A stretch of DNA of 64,000 bases from the human T2T-CHM13v2.0 reference genome, Homo sapiens (GCA_009914755.4 CP068257.2:24128001-24192000), one strand, 5' to 3'. Counted from the first letter of the stretch, positions 45,951 through 63,420 are shown. Translations and numbers: made by a program. The notes: generated by a model not told the origin, from the sequence alone.

Positions 45951-46799
45951 AGAGACTCTCTGCTAGAATATTGATTTGTTCCCTGACATTTACAGTGAGG
46001 TACTTGAAGAACTCCCACCAAAGCTATTCACAAATGTGAAGCTGCAGAGTTTTATGTACGGTCGTGGGTGTTACTTGCCAACATTTACCCCGACTTTGCT
46101 GTACTCTTTCAGCATGTTGATATTCTCAGTAATTTTCAGGCCTTTTTTTTTTTCCTTTTTTTCCCTTGACTTCTCATCAGCTCCAAACCTCAGATCTCTG
46201 TTTCCTTCCAATACAATTTCTGAGTCCAGAGTGACATGAAGACTGACATAGCTCACCCACGAAATTGAAGTCCATTGAAAAATCCCCATTGCTTGGCTTA
46301 CAGTCCACCTTTCTGTATCTCAAAAGCATTTGATTAATCTCTCCTGATTTCCCACCATGATCCATGTGGTGGTTGCACCAGGCATCCTCTCTCTTCTTCT
46401 TCCCACAACTTGTCTTTCTGCCAGGGACTTTGCTTCCAGTGTTACTGAGAAGATAAGGCCATCACATGTGACTCCCTCAGTTACACGTTATTCTTCATGT
46501 TATTTTTGATTCTGCGCTTCCAGCTTTGCCAGCAACCTAAGCCTAGGTAGGTGCTCTTCTTCTCTGTTCATTCTTGGTGCTGTAGTGGCTGGTGGGGGTT
46601 CATTCCACATATAAGCTATTCATTGCCATTAAGGCTTTCACTTGCCCGTTTTAAACAATTTTATTCCATACAAAAATATTCCAGAACTTTTTGTACAAGT
46701 CACTGCCTCATTTACCATTTGTACCAATTGTACTAATTATATCAATGTACCTGCCCACAAACAATGTGTAAGAGGGATTTTCACTGCACTCAACAATCC

Positions 46800-47030
46800 T
46801 TAGAGAGGCAATAAAGCATAGTGGGTGAAAGAGCTCCACCAAGTACTAGCCACATGACCTTGACTGAATTAGTTTGACTTCTGTGCTTTAGTTTCCTCAT
46901 CTGTAAAACAGGGATAAATAATAAGACCTAGTAGGGATGAGTTGTTGCAAAGAGTAAATGGCTGGTAGATGGAAAACACTTGGCGTAGTGCTATATAATA
47001 GTGCTTAGTAAGTGCTATACACACACTAAA
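46800..47030 (+). mobile_element. MIR (ancient SINE)
   Basis: ..ccacatgaccttgactgaattagtttgacttctgtgctttagtttcctcatctgtaaaacagggataaataataagacc..gagttgttgcaaagagtaaatg..gtgcttagtaagtgctatac matches the MIR core and 3' region. Confidence 0.7.
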
Positions 47031-47089
47031 TCTGTGCGTGTTGGTAGCTGAAAGTAGCTCTGTTGGGGATTTCTTCTATAAGTAATAAT

Positions 47090-47400
47090 GTTGAACATTT
47101 ATTCACATGTTTTTGGTCATTTGTTTTCTTTTGGGAAATGCCTTTTCAAGTCCTTTGCCAATTTGTTTTTGTTTTTGTTTCTTTTTCAACCCTGGCCTAC
47201 AGAACTTTGCCAATTTGTAATGGCCCACAAATATTTCTTCACTGATTTTCAAGCTGTTTATGAGCTACGGCTATTAACTTTCTGTTATCCCGTTTTATTA
47301 TTCGAAAATAGCTTTTCGGTCTGTTATTGGCCTTTATATTTGTTTATAGCATCTTAACATTTTTTTTTTCTTCTATGACTAGAAGATTCTTTCCATTATT
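47090..47400 (-). mobile_element. possible old L1 (L1M) fragment, antisense
   Basis: catgtttttggtcatttgttttcttttgggaaatgccttttcaagtcctttgccaatttgtttt resembles the L1M antisense catgtgcttattggccatttgtat..tcaagtcctttgcccatttttaa. Confidence 0.35.
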
Positions 47401-48505
47401 GTATCACTTAAAGTTTCTATTTTCTGTATTTTCTCCTTCCTCCCATCCCCAGTCTGGCAACTGATAGAAAGTGCCTTGAGCTCTTTGGAGGAAAGTGCCC
47501 ATCTGAAGTGCTCATTATTCAATTTTGGGGCTGTTTAGTAAATAATAATAATGTTTCTAAAGAGATAACTCCATACTGTACTTGTAAATCAAGGAATTTG
47601 TCCTCCAGTCTCCTCAAAGAGTGAGGCTATTACTAGAGAAGTACCATCATTGGCTGAAAAAGATGGACATTTGAAAAGCCACATATAACAAATGTTAAAA
47701 AAGAAGCCTCCTTCTTGAGATTGAACACTGTCTTCTGTAGACTTCCCTCAGGAAATGAACCTCCGAGAGCTGCTGTTGTTGCCTTTGCTTCTCTGGCCGT
47801 TTGTCAAGCTAAATTGAGTGGAGCTCCTGTGTGTTGTCTGTTTAATCGCCCTCTTTGACAGAAGCTTTCTCATTACCTACCTGGCCCTGTTGCAAACCAG
47901 CGCCTGGAGGCAGACATATTGCACACCATTTCCTCCAGGGTCTTGCTGCAGGTTGTCTCTGGGAAGTAATGAAAATCTGGAATGTTCTCAGTGGGCGGGC
48001 TTCAGACCCACTGCCCCCTGCCATGAACCCTCAGCAGGCCAGCAATGTAGTAAAAGCCATTAGTGAAGAAATCTGGAGGAGTTCACCTCTAGGCAGGATG
48101 ATTTGACTTTTGGAAGATATTCTGGAGTTAGCCAAGATATTTTTATCTGAAAATTATTTCTGTCTTATAACTGTTCCCTGGAGGCTCTAAGAATAGCAAA
48201 AACTGACAAATTTTGTTTTTGTTGTGGTTTACTTTCCTTTAATCTGCTAACGAATCTTTTTGGCTCCACATGAGGCTGTGTCTCTGCAGCTGCATTCTTC
48301 AGGGCTGTTTCCCCTCAGTGTTTGGGGTATTCTGGCCTTTGATACAGAATCTTAATCTTAAGCTGTCTTGCCATGACAGGTGTTCATTTTGCCCAAGACT
48401 TCTTAGTTTAGGTGAATGTCAGGCAGAAACTCTTCTCTCTTCAAAAAGAAACATTAGAGCAGAATAAGAAAAAGCAAAACCACCTTTCCAGAGCCTTTTT
48501 AATAA

Positions 48506-49010
<505 letters not shown>

Positions 49011-49181
49011 TAGTGGGTTGAACAGTATCCCCCCCAAAATTCATGTCTAGCCAGAACCTCAGAATAGGACCTTATTTGGAAGTAGGTTCATTGCAGATGT
49101 CATTTCCATAAGGATCAAGATGAGATCATACTGGATTTGGGTGAGCCCTAACTCTAATGAGAGTGCCCTTCTTAGATGCAG

Positions 49182-49185
<4 letters not shown>

Positions 49186-49230
<45 letters not shown>
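49186..49230. repeat. (AC)n dinucleotide microsatellite, about 22 units
   Basis: acacacac...acac run, uninterrupted. Confidence 0.95.
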
Positions 49231-49231
<1 letters not shown>

Positions 49232-49269
49232 GAACGCCATGTGAAGATGGAGACAAACACTAGAGTTAA

Positions 49270-49632
<363 letters not shown>

Positions 49633-49690
49633 AGGAAAGAACTTTTCTAAAGAATTGTCAGAATTGTCTGTGAGAGCATAGCCATGCTGA

Positions 49691-50090
<400 letters not shown>

Positions 50091-51040
50091 TAATTTGTTA
50101 CAGCAGCCCTAGAAACTAATATAAGGGGGTTTGATCCTTGGCTTTATTTACAAACTTAAATTTCTTTAAACAAAACGGAAGCTAAGGTATTTGATTACCT
50201 TTTTAAATATTTCAGTTATCTAACAAACTTTCCAAGACACTTGTGTCTTGATTTAATTAGCTATTTCCCTATTTCGAACACCTCTGTTGCTTTCATTTTT
50301 TTCTTGAAATCATAAAAAATATAGCAAAGTGTACATTAATTGTAAACTATATGTACATTTCTTTGCAAAGGTAGACTCTGGCATTAAAACTGTTAGCATT
50401 TGGGCTGGTCCAGTGTGCTTGGCTGATGGGAGCACAGTGCTGATGAGACTAAGATGCCAATTAGCCCTAAAGAGAGAAAAGCTGTGTCCTCCATGGCCCG
50501 GCTAGAACGTTTGATTCACTTAACAGGTGCATGCCACTGGGCAACCAGGGAGAGATGTACCCATCCATTATTGTTAAAGGATAAAACTCAAACATTTATA
50601 TTGGTTTCTCTGATGACACCAACTTTATGTTTTGACAAGGAACATTATTTATACTAATATGTGAAAATAGCTAAAGCTTCATTCAGACATTAATCTCATA
50701 GGAAATGTTTGCACAAAAGGCAGGGAGATGGAAGACCAAGACTTCACATGACATTTCATCACAGACCAATGGCAGAATGAGCTACAGAATGCAGTTTTAA
50801 CACTATATGTCTAGTGGCATAATCCTTCTAGCTTTAACTGGCAGCTTTTTTTTTCTAGGACTAAAGCCACCAGCATAATAAACATCTTTTAGATCTGCCT
50901 TCACCACAGAACTGTTTTTAGGAAACTCATCTATGATCCCAGGATTCACTGTTTGAAAGGAGTTGCTGGTGTTACCTTCAGAGACCTTAAATTGGTTTGA
51001 AATTATATAGTCACTAAAGAGATTGTGATTGTTATTTTAA

Positions 51041-51336
<296 letters not shown>

Positions 51337-51351
51337 GTTCATTTTAAACTA

Positions 51352-51425
51352 TGCCTCAGTTTTCTCCTTTCTAAAATGGGGATCACAAGGACAACTACTT
51401 GATGGAGATAATTAATACATGAGTT
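51352..51425 (+). mobile_element. possible short MIR fragment
   Basis: cctcagttttctcctttctaaaatggggatcacaaggacaactacttgatggagataattaatacatgag is close to the MIR core cctcagtttcctcatctgtaaaatgggg. Confidence 0.3.
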
Positions 51426-51613
51426 TAACATAATATGCTCAGTAATTGGTACAAAAAAATAGCATAAATAAGACCTACTATTTGATAGCACAACAGGGTG
51501 ACTATAGTCAATAGTAAGTTAATTGTGCATTTTAAAATAATTAAAAGTATAATTGGATTGTTTGTAATACAAAGGATAAATGCTGGAGGGGATGGAGACC
51601 GCATTCTCCATGA

Positions 51614-51924
<311 letters not shown>

Positions 51925-53006
51925 ATGATGTGATTATTATGCATTGCATGCCTGTATCAAAATATCTCATAAGTGTGATATACATCCTCCATGTACTCTC
52001 AAAAATTAAAAATTAAAAAAGAACATGCTTAAAACAGCCTTTAAACTAGTAGCCATATATAAATGTTAGCTGTTACTTCTTCTTTAGGCTTTGGACAAGG
52101 AACGTATCTTTTCTGTGTACCAGTCTATTTCCAGTGCCAAACTATAGTGCCAAGCAAATAGTGAGTGCTCAATGAAGATTTGCAAGCGACTTAATAGCAA
52201 TTGAAGGAACACAGAGGGATTGACTTTGCCTTGCCTTCTTGACCTGTTTTATGTTTTTGTTTCCCTTAAACTTTATAATTTAGGGATTAGGAGCAGCTGG
52301 TTGCTTATGTTCATAACTCAAAACACAAAAAGAGCTCAGCGGGTCTAACAGGGAGCGCAGCAATGTCTTTCACTGCTTAGACGGTGAACGGCTAAAGTTT
52401 ATTTCCACGTTAACTGTTTTCATTGATGAAAACTGGTTAGAACATTATTTTTGGAGTGTTAGATACTGAAAAGATTGACTGTAAATCCATAATTTTCACA
52501 GCTGTGTTCTCCAAAATTTTCTTTACTCCTACAAGTGAAGAATGAAAATTACAGAAATATATCTATGTGTGCATAGGAAGTCGTTTGCTTTTGGGAATTC
52601 TCCAGTTGGTAATTCAGTTAATTTGCTACAGTAACTTACGATCTCCTTCTCAGAGTTAACTTCCTGATCCTCTTGAATTGCAGGTGTATTTGTCAGGTGT
52701 GGACAGGCAGGTCTGCGGTTGGGCTTGCGTCTTCCTCAACAGTTCTACTTCTGCCAACTGGGTTATAAAAAGCTCTGCTGCAATCTGGTGGTTTAACTTG
52801 AGGTATAGTTTCCCCGAGAGACGACGTTAGGCCTTAGGTTTCATAACCAGACCAAGCAATTCAATTAATCTTACTATCCATGAAGGGTAATTGGATGTAA
52901 ATAGCACTAGAGAATCCAGCCATCGTTTATGACGATCATTGTAGGGGCTGTTTTTAGGCTGTCAATTTAGTGAGCTAGAAATACATCTTTCTTAAAAGTG
53001 AAATTA

Positions 53007-53410
<404 letters not shown>

Positions 53411-54018
53411 CTAAGTAGGAGATGACTCCTCTGGACAAAGGATGAGAATGAAGAGTCAGGGGGAAGCAGGAAGCCCTGGAAAACAAGAACCATCTGCTGG
53501 GTAACCTCTGAGCTTAGTCTGCCTTTTTTGAAGTTCCCAGGGCTTGATTTATGGCACACCATGAACTCTGTTGTTACAATTCTTTATTTCCAATTACAGC
53601 ATGATCTTCTTATTGAATGATGAGTTCCTAGAAGATTGATCCTTGATATACCCTTTATCATCACTGTTTAATCACAACGCCTGCCACATAGTAGGGGCTA
53701 CATAATTGTTGAAATGAAATCCCTCCAGTTTCTAACCTTTCCTAACCTGTTCAGGAGAATTATATAACTTGATAGGTTCTTCACTACCTTTCCTGTCGCT
53801 CAAGGAAGAACTCAGCTTTCTTGATATATCTTGTGAATTTCATTCCAAAAAAGTGAAATAAAAATAGGGCATCTATTTCTACCCAGACCCTGTAGAGAAC
53901 GACAACAGGCCATGTATCTGATAGGTGTGTTGGCCATGTGTCGGTGTGCTAGCCTGTGTGAACCTTGGTCCCTGTAAGGAGAGGGTATCCCCACTAAGTG
54001 AGTCCCCGTCCGTGGTAA

Positions 54019-54449
<431 letters not shown>

Positions 54450-55496
54450 GAATCTTTTCAGCCTGTTCCAACTCTTACCTCTTTATTTGAGTTACCATGA
54501 CTAGGACTCAATTGCTGGAGATAAAAAAAATCTTGACCAAGACAATACAGGTAGTTCTTTAAGGACCAAAAAAACCCCATCTTCTACATTTAAGAGGAAA
54601 ACCAATCTCACAGGTCTTTACAGGAACAGAGAAGGACAGCAGGGTTAGAGATCTGTACATACATTGATCAAGTCAGGTGTGGTTATGTGCTGGACCTCAG
54701 TTGGAAGAGAGCGAATTATCTAGAAACTCAGTGAGGAGGAAAGAGAGCAGGGATAACTACTGATAGTAGAGCATGTATGTCCTTGATCGTCGAGAAGGTG
54801 AAGGCAGAATTCATTTATAAGTAAAGAAGATTCATGGTATAGAGACCAGATATGTTAGGGGATGATGGCCTTTTATTTTATTCCTGGTAGACTCACTTGA
54901 GGAATAAACGTGGAGCACCAGTGGCTTGTGCTTAAATATGTCTTCTGTATATTTTGCTCAGTAGAGGCTTAATTGGGATAATTTCTACTTCTAATGTATA
55001 AAAAAGCCAGTGGTTAGCACAATTTCCAGAAATATTCACAATGTGTTCCATAGGAATGATTTCCCCCTAGTCTCATTTTTGAGACTAGAACCCTCTGGAA
55101 TTACACAATATGGGAATCTTGTGTGTAAAAAGTGTAGAAGAATTAAGCTTACTGGTAATATACATCTTGATGTCAATCATTTGATTCATTTTCTTACTTT
55201 AATGATATTAACCTGTGAGATGGATTTTTGATTGATGGACCAGGGTAGTGGCTTTCAGAGAGAATGCCAAGAACACCAGTGTCTTGCTCCGTCTTAACTC
55301 CCAATTAAAAAAAAAAACTTTTAAAATAAACTTTTTATTTTAGAATGGGTAGAGATTTTCAGAATAGCTGTGAAGATAGTACGGAGTTTCCATATACTCC
55401 ACACCCAGCTTCCTCTGTTATTAGCATCTTATATTAATATGGTACATTTGCCATAATTAATGAACCAATGTTAATATTATTAACTAAAGTCAATAC

Positions 55497-55668
55497 TTTC
55501 TCTTTTCTTTCTCTTTCTTCCTTCCTTCTTTCCTTCCTTCCTCTTTTATTTCCTTCCTTCCTTCCTTTCCTTCCTTCCTTCCTTCCTTCCTTCCTTCCTT
55601 CCTTCCTTCCTTCCTTCCCTGCTTCCTTTCCCCCCTCCTTCCCTCCCTCCCTTCCTCCCTTCCTTCTT
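55497..55668. repeat. (TTCC)n / (GGAA)n microsatellite, about 170 bp, with interruptions; continuous with the tail of the adjacent Alu
   Basis: tctttctctttcttccttccttctttcc...(ttcc)x15+...cttccctccctcccttcc. Confidence 0.95.
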
Positions 55669-56009
<341 letters not shown>

Positions 56010-57862
56010 TGACTGCAAGGGCTACCATATGTTTATTGTAATACTCAATGGTTTCCTCTATGTATTGAAGCTACTCTATTCTGAATATGGTTCTTAAGCC
56101 TTCCTAACCGTAAAAATCACATTGGAGCTTTAAAAATGCATGTTGCTAGGTTCCCCCACTGAAGATCCTGATTTATTTGGGCAAGGGAGTCGCTGGGCAA
56201 GAACCTACCTTTTTTTTTTTTTAAAAAAACAAACACAGGTGATGCTAATACAATAGTCTCTAGACTACATATATTTTGAGAAAATAGACCTAAACTATAA
56301 AGGGAAATTAAGAAATCCTTAGTACCACTTAGAAGTTGCCATATCTATTTCTGTGATGCTAAAGGAAAATTTTACTGTAAGTTGTTTTTTTTGGCATCAC
56401 CCCAGAGCATAACACACAATTAGTATCTAACTCAATCATTTCTCTTCTTAAAAGCACTTTGCTGTCCCTCTTGGATGGGCAGGGCCACTTTCCAATGTGC
56501 TGCAATAGCATTTTGTTAAAACCAACATCTCATGTTAACACAACTATTTGTGGGCTTACACAACAAGAATAGATGGAGAAATATATCCCGGGAAGGAAAA
56601 TATTATTATTAAAGAAAAACCTCAACTGACTAGCCACATTTTTATCCTGTAGGGATAGCAGAATTCACATCATGGAAATTTTTATGTTTTCCTTTAGAAA
56701 AACTACTTACGGAGCCCTTTGGTTATAAAACAAAAAGGCCCGGACCCATCTAGATTAGAGAAGAAGAAAGGGAGCTAAACTGATCTTCATGATGAACTTC
56801 AACGGAGTCATTCCTGAGGATGGAGGGAATGATCTATGCTGGAAAGGGCTATGTGAGTTTTCTTTAACCAGGCTCCAGAAGGAATAGGTTTCCAATCCCT
56901 GGAACTTAGAGAAGCCAGTGCAGAAATGGGCTGAAGCAACGTGATGAAAGAGTGAGATGCTACAGAAGAGACAACCAGGGAGAGGTTCCCTGGGGCAGAG
57001 AATGGTGGATGAGATTTAGGATCAGTGTTGCCAGATTCTGTCTGTTGCAGATTATTGCCTTTTTATCCTAGTCCTTTGTATACAATAGCCTTGTGTTAGT
57101 GGGTCATGTTTTAAAGCACAAGAACAAGGCAGATTGGACAGACCTAAAGCAGTATAAGGAGGTAGAGTCAGATGGCCCAAAATGATGAAAGAGAGGATTG
57201 GAGTAGGAGTCGGGTCTGGGACTCCTCAGAATTATAGGTGAGTGTGCTGGATATCCTCATTCATATGCATGGCACTTCGAGTTATTTGATCTGGACTCAT
57301 AATGGCAGACAGACTTAAGGACTCAGGGTTATATTAACAAGAAATACCCTAAAGATTCTTTTGTCTTCCTGCAGATCTGAAAGATGAATATTGATAGAAA
57401 CTTTTGTAACAAAGGCATATCTCTCCTACCATTTTTCCTCTGATTATGTTGTTCTAGTTGTCTGTGATTCTTATTGTCAGCACAGTGCTGAATTTTCAAA
57501 TAGACTCTTGCTTATGAAGCTGGCAGTATTTCATTATTTATGACTTTGTTCAACTTCATCTAGTCTAAACACAAAGTAGATAGAAGTTGTGTTTTTCTAT
57601 TGCTGACAGCAAAATTCTCTTGCGTGAACATATTTCTTTACACAGACAAAAGATGTTGAGCAAGGCATGATAGTTTTTGCACAGTACAGCTGAGGAGGAT
57701 GGATGGAATGACTGCTGCAATATAAGAAACTAAGAAAAAATTCAGGGCAAAAGATCCCAATCTATATAAGCTAGTAAAACTGGGATATAAACATGAAAAT
57801 TAAAGAGATACATTTTCCTGTAGCCTTTGTGCCATAAATTATATGAAAAGGGTGACCAATAG

Positions 57863-58222
<360 letters not shown>

Positions 58223-59596
58223 CCTTAGCAATTTTAAGGTAACATATTAATAGGTTATTGGGATTAGGACATATACACCACAGATTGACTATAGATTTCA
58301 TGTTCCAATTCATTCATTTTTTTCACCAGAGCCACTGAGGAAATTTTTAATATAAGTCATGAAAAACGATGGGGCAAAATTGGAATTGCATGATTCCTTG
58401 CTTCCAGTAAAAAAAAAAAAAAAAGGTTAAGGATTAAGTAAAGGACTAATTTAAATTGGGCTCCCTACTCCAACCAATTATTCAGATTGTCTCATTTGAT
58501 AGCCTCAGGGTGCTGCTGATACTGAATAATTTGATCCTTGTCTGGAATCTTTTCCTTGACTTCATTATTATACTTGTTCTTATCTACCTCAGGTTGAAAT
58601 ATATGTGATGGTCATGGCAGGTTTCTTGATAAAAGAATTTGGCTTGTTTTTTCAACCCATCACTAGAAGGTACCTTTTGGAGCTATCAGGTCATGGGGAA
58701 GGCTGTTCTGGTAAGACCTGTCCAGACTTAGAAAACCATGACAATTAGCACCCTTAGAAGAGGAAAATTTGGCTTAGAGGCAGGTAACAGAGACTCTCTT
58801 TAGAGAAAGAAAGGGTTATTAAATAATCTAGTGCAACACAATCTAATAGAAGTACAAAATAAGCCACATACATAATTTAATTTATCTAAAAGCCACATGA
58901 AACACAGTTTAAAAAGCAGATGAAATAAATGTTTATAGTATATCCAAAGTATCATCATTTCAACATGTAATCAACATAACAAATTATTGTTAAGACACGT
59001 TTTAAGTTCTTTTTCTATACACTATGATTTAGGATCTGGTGCATACTTCATATGTACAGCACACCTCAATTCAGTCTAGCCACATTTCACTTGTGCTACA
59101 GCCACAAGTGGCTGCTAGCATCTACTACATTGGTTAGAGCCTAGTAGAAGCTTATTGTACTTAATGGACATCTTTAGATAACCTTGTTTATTGAGTCCTT
59201 CACAGCATTCTCTACTCTTATCCACATCAGTTCTAAAGCTTGACGCCCCTTAGATGAGATAGTGGCCACAACTGTCTGCCTCAACACCAATGTACTACTT
59301 CCTTTTCTCTTGGCAATATCCACTAGAGAAGCAAGAAAAAGTAGCACTCACCTCCCCATTCTTCTTTGCAGCTAGGGGTGGCCATGTGACACAATTGTGG
59401 TCAATGAGTGGTCAGCAAAATTATGATCAAGGGTTTCTGGTAGCTGGTGCCTCCCCTTCCTTCTTCTGGGTGTTCTGAATGTGAGGCCTGGAACTGTAGA
59501 ATCCCGAATAATCTCAAAGACACATGGGCTGACACCATGAAATAATTGAACCAACGCTAACATTCACCAACCTCCACATTTCTTTCTACAAAAATC

Positions 59597-59855
59597 ACTG
59601 GGCACAGTGGCCCACACCTGTAATCCCAGCACTTAAGGGAGGCAAGCCAGGAGTTCAAGATGAGCTTGGGCAACAAATTGAGACCCTGTTGCTAAAATAA
59701 ATAAATAAATAAATAAATAAAGTTAGCTGGGCATGGTGGTGTGAGCCTATAGAGTAGGCTACTTGGGAGGATCACCTGAGCCCAGGATTTCAAGCCTGTG
59801 ATAGTGCCACTGCACTCCAGCCTGGGTGACAGAGCAAGACCTTAACTTTAAAATA
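59597..59855 (+). mobile_element. Alu (sense, old) with an (AAAT)n linker
   Basis: cactgggcacagtggcccacacctgtaatcccagcacttaagggagg...(aaat)7...ttagctgggcatggtggtgtgagcc...gcctgggtgacagagcaagacc. Confidence 0.85.
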
Positions 59856-59861
59856 ATAATA

Positions 59862-60186
<325 letters not shown>

Positions 60187-60505
60187 TTAATTATTTAAGC
60201 CATTGTTCGTGGATTTCTCTTTGACTTGCATTTTATTTCACCTCTAAGTGATGCAAAACTTTCTGGAGCCTGCTCTGAACAGACTACACTCCTCGTTTGC
60301 CCTCTGGCTTCCTGCTAGCTCTGACAATGGGGCACTACAGGGAGACAAGAAAGTAGGAGGAAGGAGAAAAGACTCCCATTTTCCTTTTTTGTTCCAATCA
60401 GGGTTGTCCTGAAATACCTAGGGGGATTTCTAATTCCTTACTGGACTCTGACTGATACATCCCCTGCGGCCTCTTCTCTACATGGAATTTAGAAAGATAG
60501 TTTTA

Positions 60506-60810
60506 GGCTAGGCGCAGTGGCTCACGCCTGTAATCCCAACACGTTGGGAGGCCGAGGCAGGTGGATCACCTGAGGTCAGGTGTTCGAGACCAGCCTAGCC
60601 AACAGGTGAAACCCCGTTTTTACTAAAAATACAAAAATTAGCCGAGTATGGTGGCATGCGCCTGTAGTCCTAGCTACTTAGGAGGCTGAGGCAGAACTGC
60701 TTGAGCCCAGGAGGCAGAGGTTGCAGTGAGACGAGACTGCATTACTGCACTTCAGCCTGGATGACAGAGTGAGACTCCATCTCAAAAAAAAAAAAAAAAA
60801 AAAAAAAACA
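60506..60810 (+). mobile_element. Alu (sense) with a perfect 13-bp TSD
   Basis: TSD aaagatagtttta at 60493-60505 and 60811-60823; A30 tail. Confidence 0.93.
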
Positions 60811-60949
60811 AAAGATAGTTTTAAAGCATAATTCAGTTCATATATACAGTGGCTTCTGATATCAATAAAAATGAAACCCAAAGTTTCTTCTACAGCCAGT
60901 GAGATGTTATTTCTTTGATCCTTTCTCCTACCTCTGCTCTGACACAACT

Positions 60950-61600
60950 GTCAGAGGCATTTGAACTAGAGTGACTCCATCCGGAACAGGGGCTGGGTAA
61001 AATAAGGATGAGGACTGCTGGGCTGTATTTCCAGGAAGCTAGGCAGTCTTAGTCACAGGATGAGACAGTAGGTCGGTACAAGATATAGGTCACAAAACCA
61101 CCTCCTGATAAAGCAATGTGGTAAAGAAGTGGGCCAAAACCCACCAAAACCAACATGGTGATGACAGAGACCTGTGGGCATCCTCACTGTTCATTAGACA
61201 CTAATTGTAGTACATTAAAATGCTAAAAGACACTCCCACCAGTACCAGTTTTACCAGTACAGTTTACAAATGTCATGGAAAGGTCCAGAAGTTACCCTAT
61301 ATGGTCTAAAAAGGAAAGCAACCCTCAGTTTTGGGAACTCCTCAACCCTTTCCTGGAAATCTCATGAATAATCCACTCACTGTTTAGCATATGATTAAAA
61401 ATAACCATAAAAATAGCCAACCAATATTCCTTGGGGCTGCTCTGCATATACAGTAGCCATTCTTTTATTTCTTCACTTCTCTAATAAACACTCACTTTTC
61501 TCTGTGGACTCACCATTAATTTTCTTGCACAAGATCCAAGAACTCTCTCTTGGGGTCTGAATTGGGACTCCTTTCTGGTAACACAATCACCCAGAGTTCC
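60950..61600 (+). mobile_element. LTR-like segment (putative ERV LTR with U3/R/U5 signals), family not assigned
   Basis: CCAAT (ccaaccaatattcc), then ..cttcacttctctaataaacactcacttttctctg..cttgcacaag..tctcttggggtctgaattgggactcctttc, a typical LTR poly-A signal and U5 arrangement. Confidence 0.3.
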
Positions 61601-62089
61601 TTCCTCTTCCAAATCAAACCAACCCAACATACTGTCACCCTAGGGACTCTGCCTGTAATAGTCCTTCCGGATGGATCCTCACTTTGCTCCAACCCTCCGT
61701 TGGTTCAGCCCTCTGCTCAAATACCACCTCATTAGCAAGGGCTTCCCTCACCACCCCTATAAAACACAGTTCCCTGTCCCTCTCAATCCACTCACCTGCT
61801 CCTTGTTTTTCCCTAGTAGTTTCCCCACATGATGTTTTGAAACTGCCATTGCAAAATTATAACCGAGAAAATTATTACAGTGAAAGAGAGCTGACCTAAC
61901 CAACTTTGTCTTGCTTCTAAACTCCTAGCTGTCGTTGTTCACTCATGGGTGTAGGCCAAATTAACTTTGGGAGGAACTTAGTTTATAGTTTAACTTTGAA
62001 ACAAAGATGATAACAGCCCTTTCCCAAAACAATCCCCTTTCCTTCCTGGGGACTAGACTGCTTTTGCAGGACTAACAAAATTGGCCAAA

Positions 62090-62620
62090 TGATGAGAAAT
62101 TATGGTTTAGGAGTCATGCAGTTGGAGGTTACAAGATTCTGACCCTCCCCAAATTGCTCCTGGGGATAACATCACTATTGTAAAACCTAAGATCAGTGCT
62201 TGAGATATTTTGCAAACCCTGCACTTGATGGATCAATATACTGGCTCATCTGGTCTTGTGGCCCCACCTAGGAACTGACTCAGCGCAAGAGGACAGCTTC
62301 AACTCCCTATTATTTCATCTCTGACCCAAGCAATCAGCACTCTCAACTCACTGGCTCCTACCTACCAAATTATCCTTAAAAACTCCAATCCCCAACGAAT
62401 TTTTGGGGAGACTGATTTGAGTAATAATAAAACTCCCACACAGCCAGCTCTGCATGAATGACTCTTTCTCTTTTGCAATTCCCCTGCCTTGATAAATTGG
62501 CTCTGTCTAGGCAGCGGGCAAGGTGAACCCACTGGTCAGTTACAGTTTTACATGCTTGTTTACCCATATATTATTCATCTCTCCCAACTAGAATAAAACT
62601 CCAAAAGGGTAGGAACTTTG
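62090..62620 (+). mobile_element. LTR-like segment, family not assigned
   Basis: ..agcaatcagcactctcaactcactgg..ttatccttaaaaactccaatcc..gagtaataataaaactcccacacagcc..: CCAAT, TATA-like and AATAAA in LTR order. Confidence 0.25.
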
Positions 62621-63039
62621 ACTATTGCATTCATTGCCTTATCCCCATTGCCTGGAACAGTTTCTGAGACAGGACTCATGGGAAAAGGATCAGTAGGAAA
62701 TGGAAAGAGATGGTATCAGTTTCAAGTATGATGATTTTCGAGTTGCCCCTTGAATATTCCTGTGGACATACCCAGTTGACAGAGACACTTGAGTCTGGAG
62801 CTAATGGAAGACATATAGTTAGTTGAATTAGATTTGATTAAAGCTATAGGTTTAGATGAGAACATCCAGGAATGGTTCATAGAAAGAGAGGAGAGTCATG
62901 ATAAAATTGCACAAGACATAATATCAAAGAGAGAGATTGATACAATGATAGAGGTAGGAGGCAGAGAAATTCCAGGCAGACAGGGACGGGTCCCTGACAA
63001 AACTCCACCTTCAAGCCGAAAAGCCTGAAACCCATGGCC

Positions 63040-63420
63040 CAAAGTGAGAACTTCTATCCATTTTCCTGCTTAAATGTTGCCTTTTCCTAAACTACCCATG
63101 ACCCACCCCACCCCCCATCCTGTGCCTATAAAGACCCCAGACTCAGTCAGAGAGAAGTGACTTGACTTCAGAGGGATGGCTTGATGGCTTGACTTCAGAG
63201 AAGACTGGCCAGAGATGGCTGGACTTAAGGGGAAGATTACTTGCCCATCCCATCCCCTTTCCAGGTCCCCTTCCCCTGAGAGCCATTTTCACTGTTCAAT
63301 AAAATCCTCTGCATTCACCATCATTCAACTCGTTCACACAACCTCATTTTTCCTGGAAGCCAGACAAGACCTTGAGAGCTATGAGTGCAGACAACCAAAA
63401 AAGGGCTGTCACACTGGCCC
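63040..63420 (+). mobile_element. LTR-like segment with TATA and poly-A signals and internal short tandem duplications, family not assigned
   Basis: ..gcctataaagaccccagactcagtc.. then gacttgacttcagag repeated, ..cattttcactgttcaataaaatcctctgcattcacc.. Confidence 0.25.
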
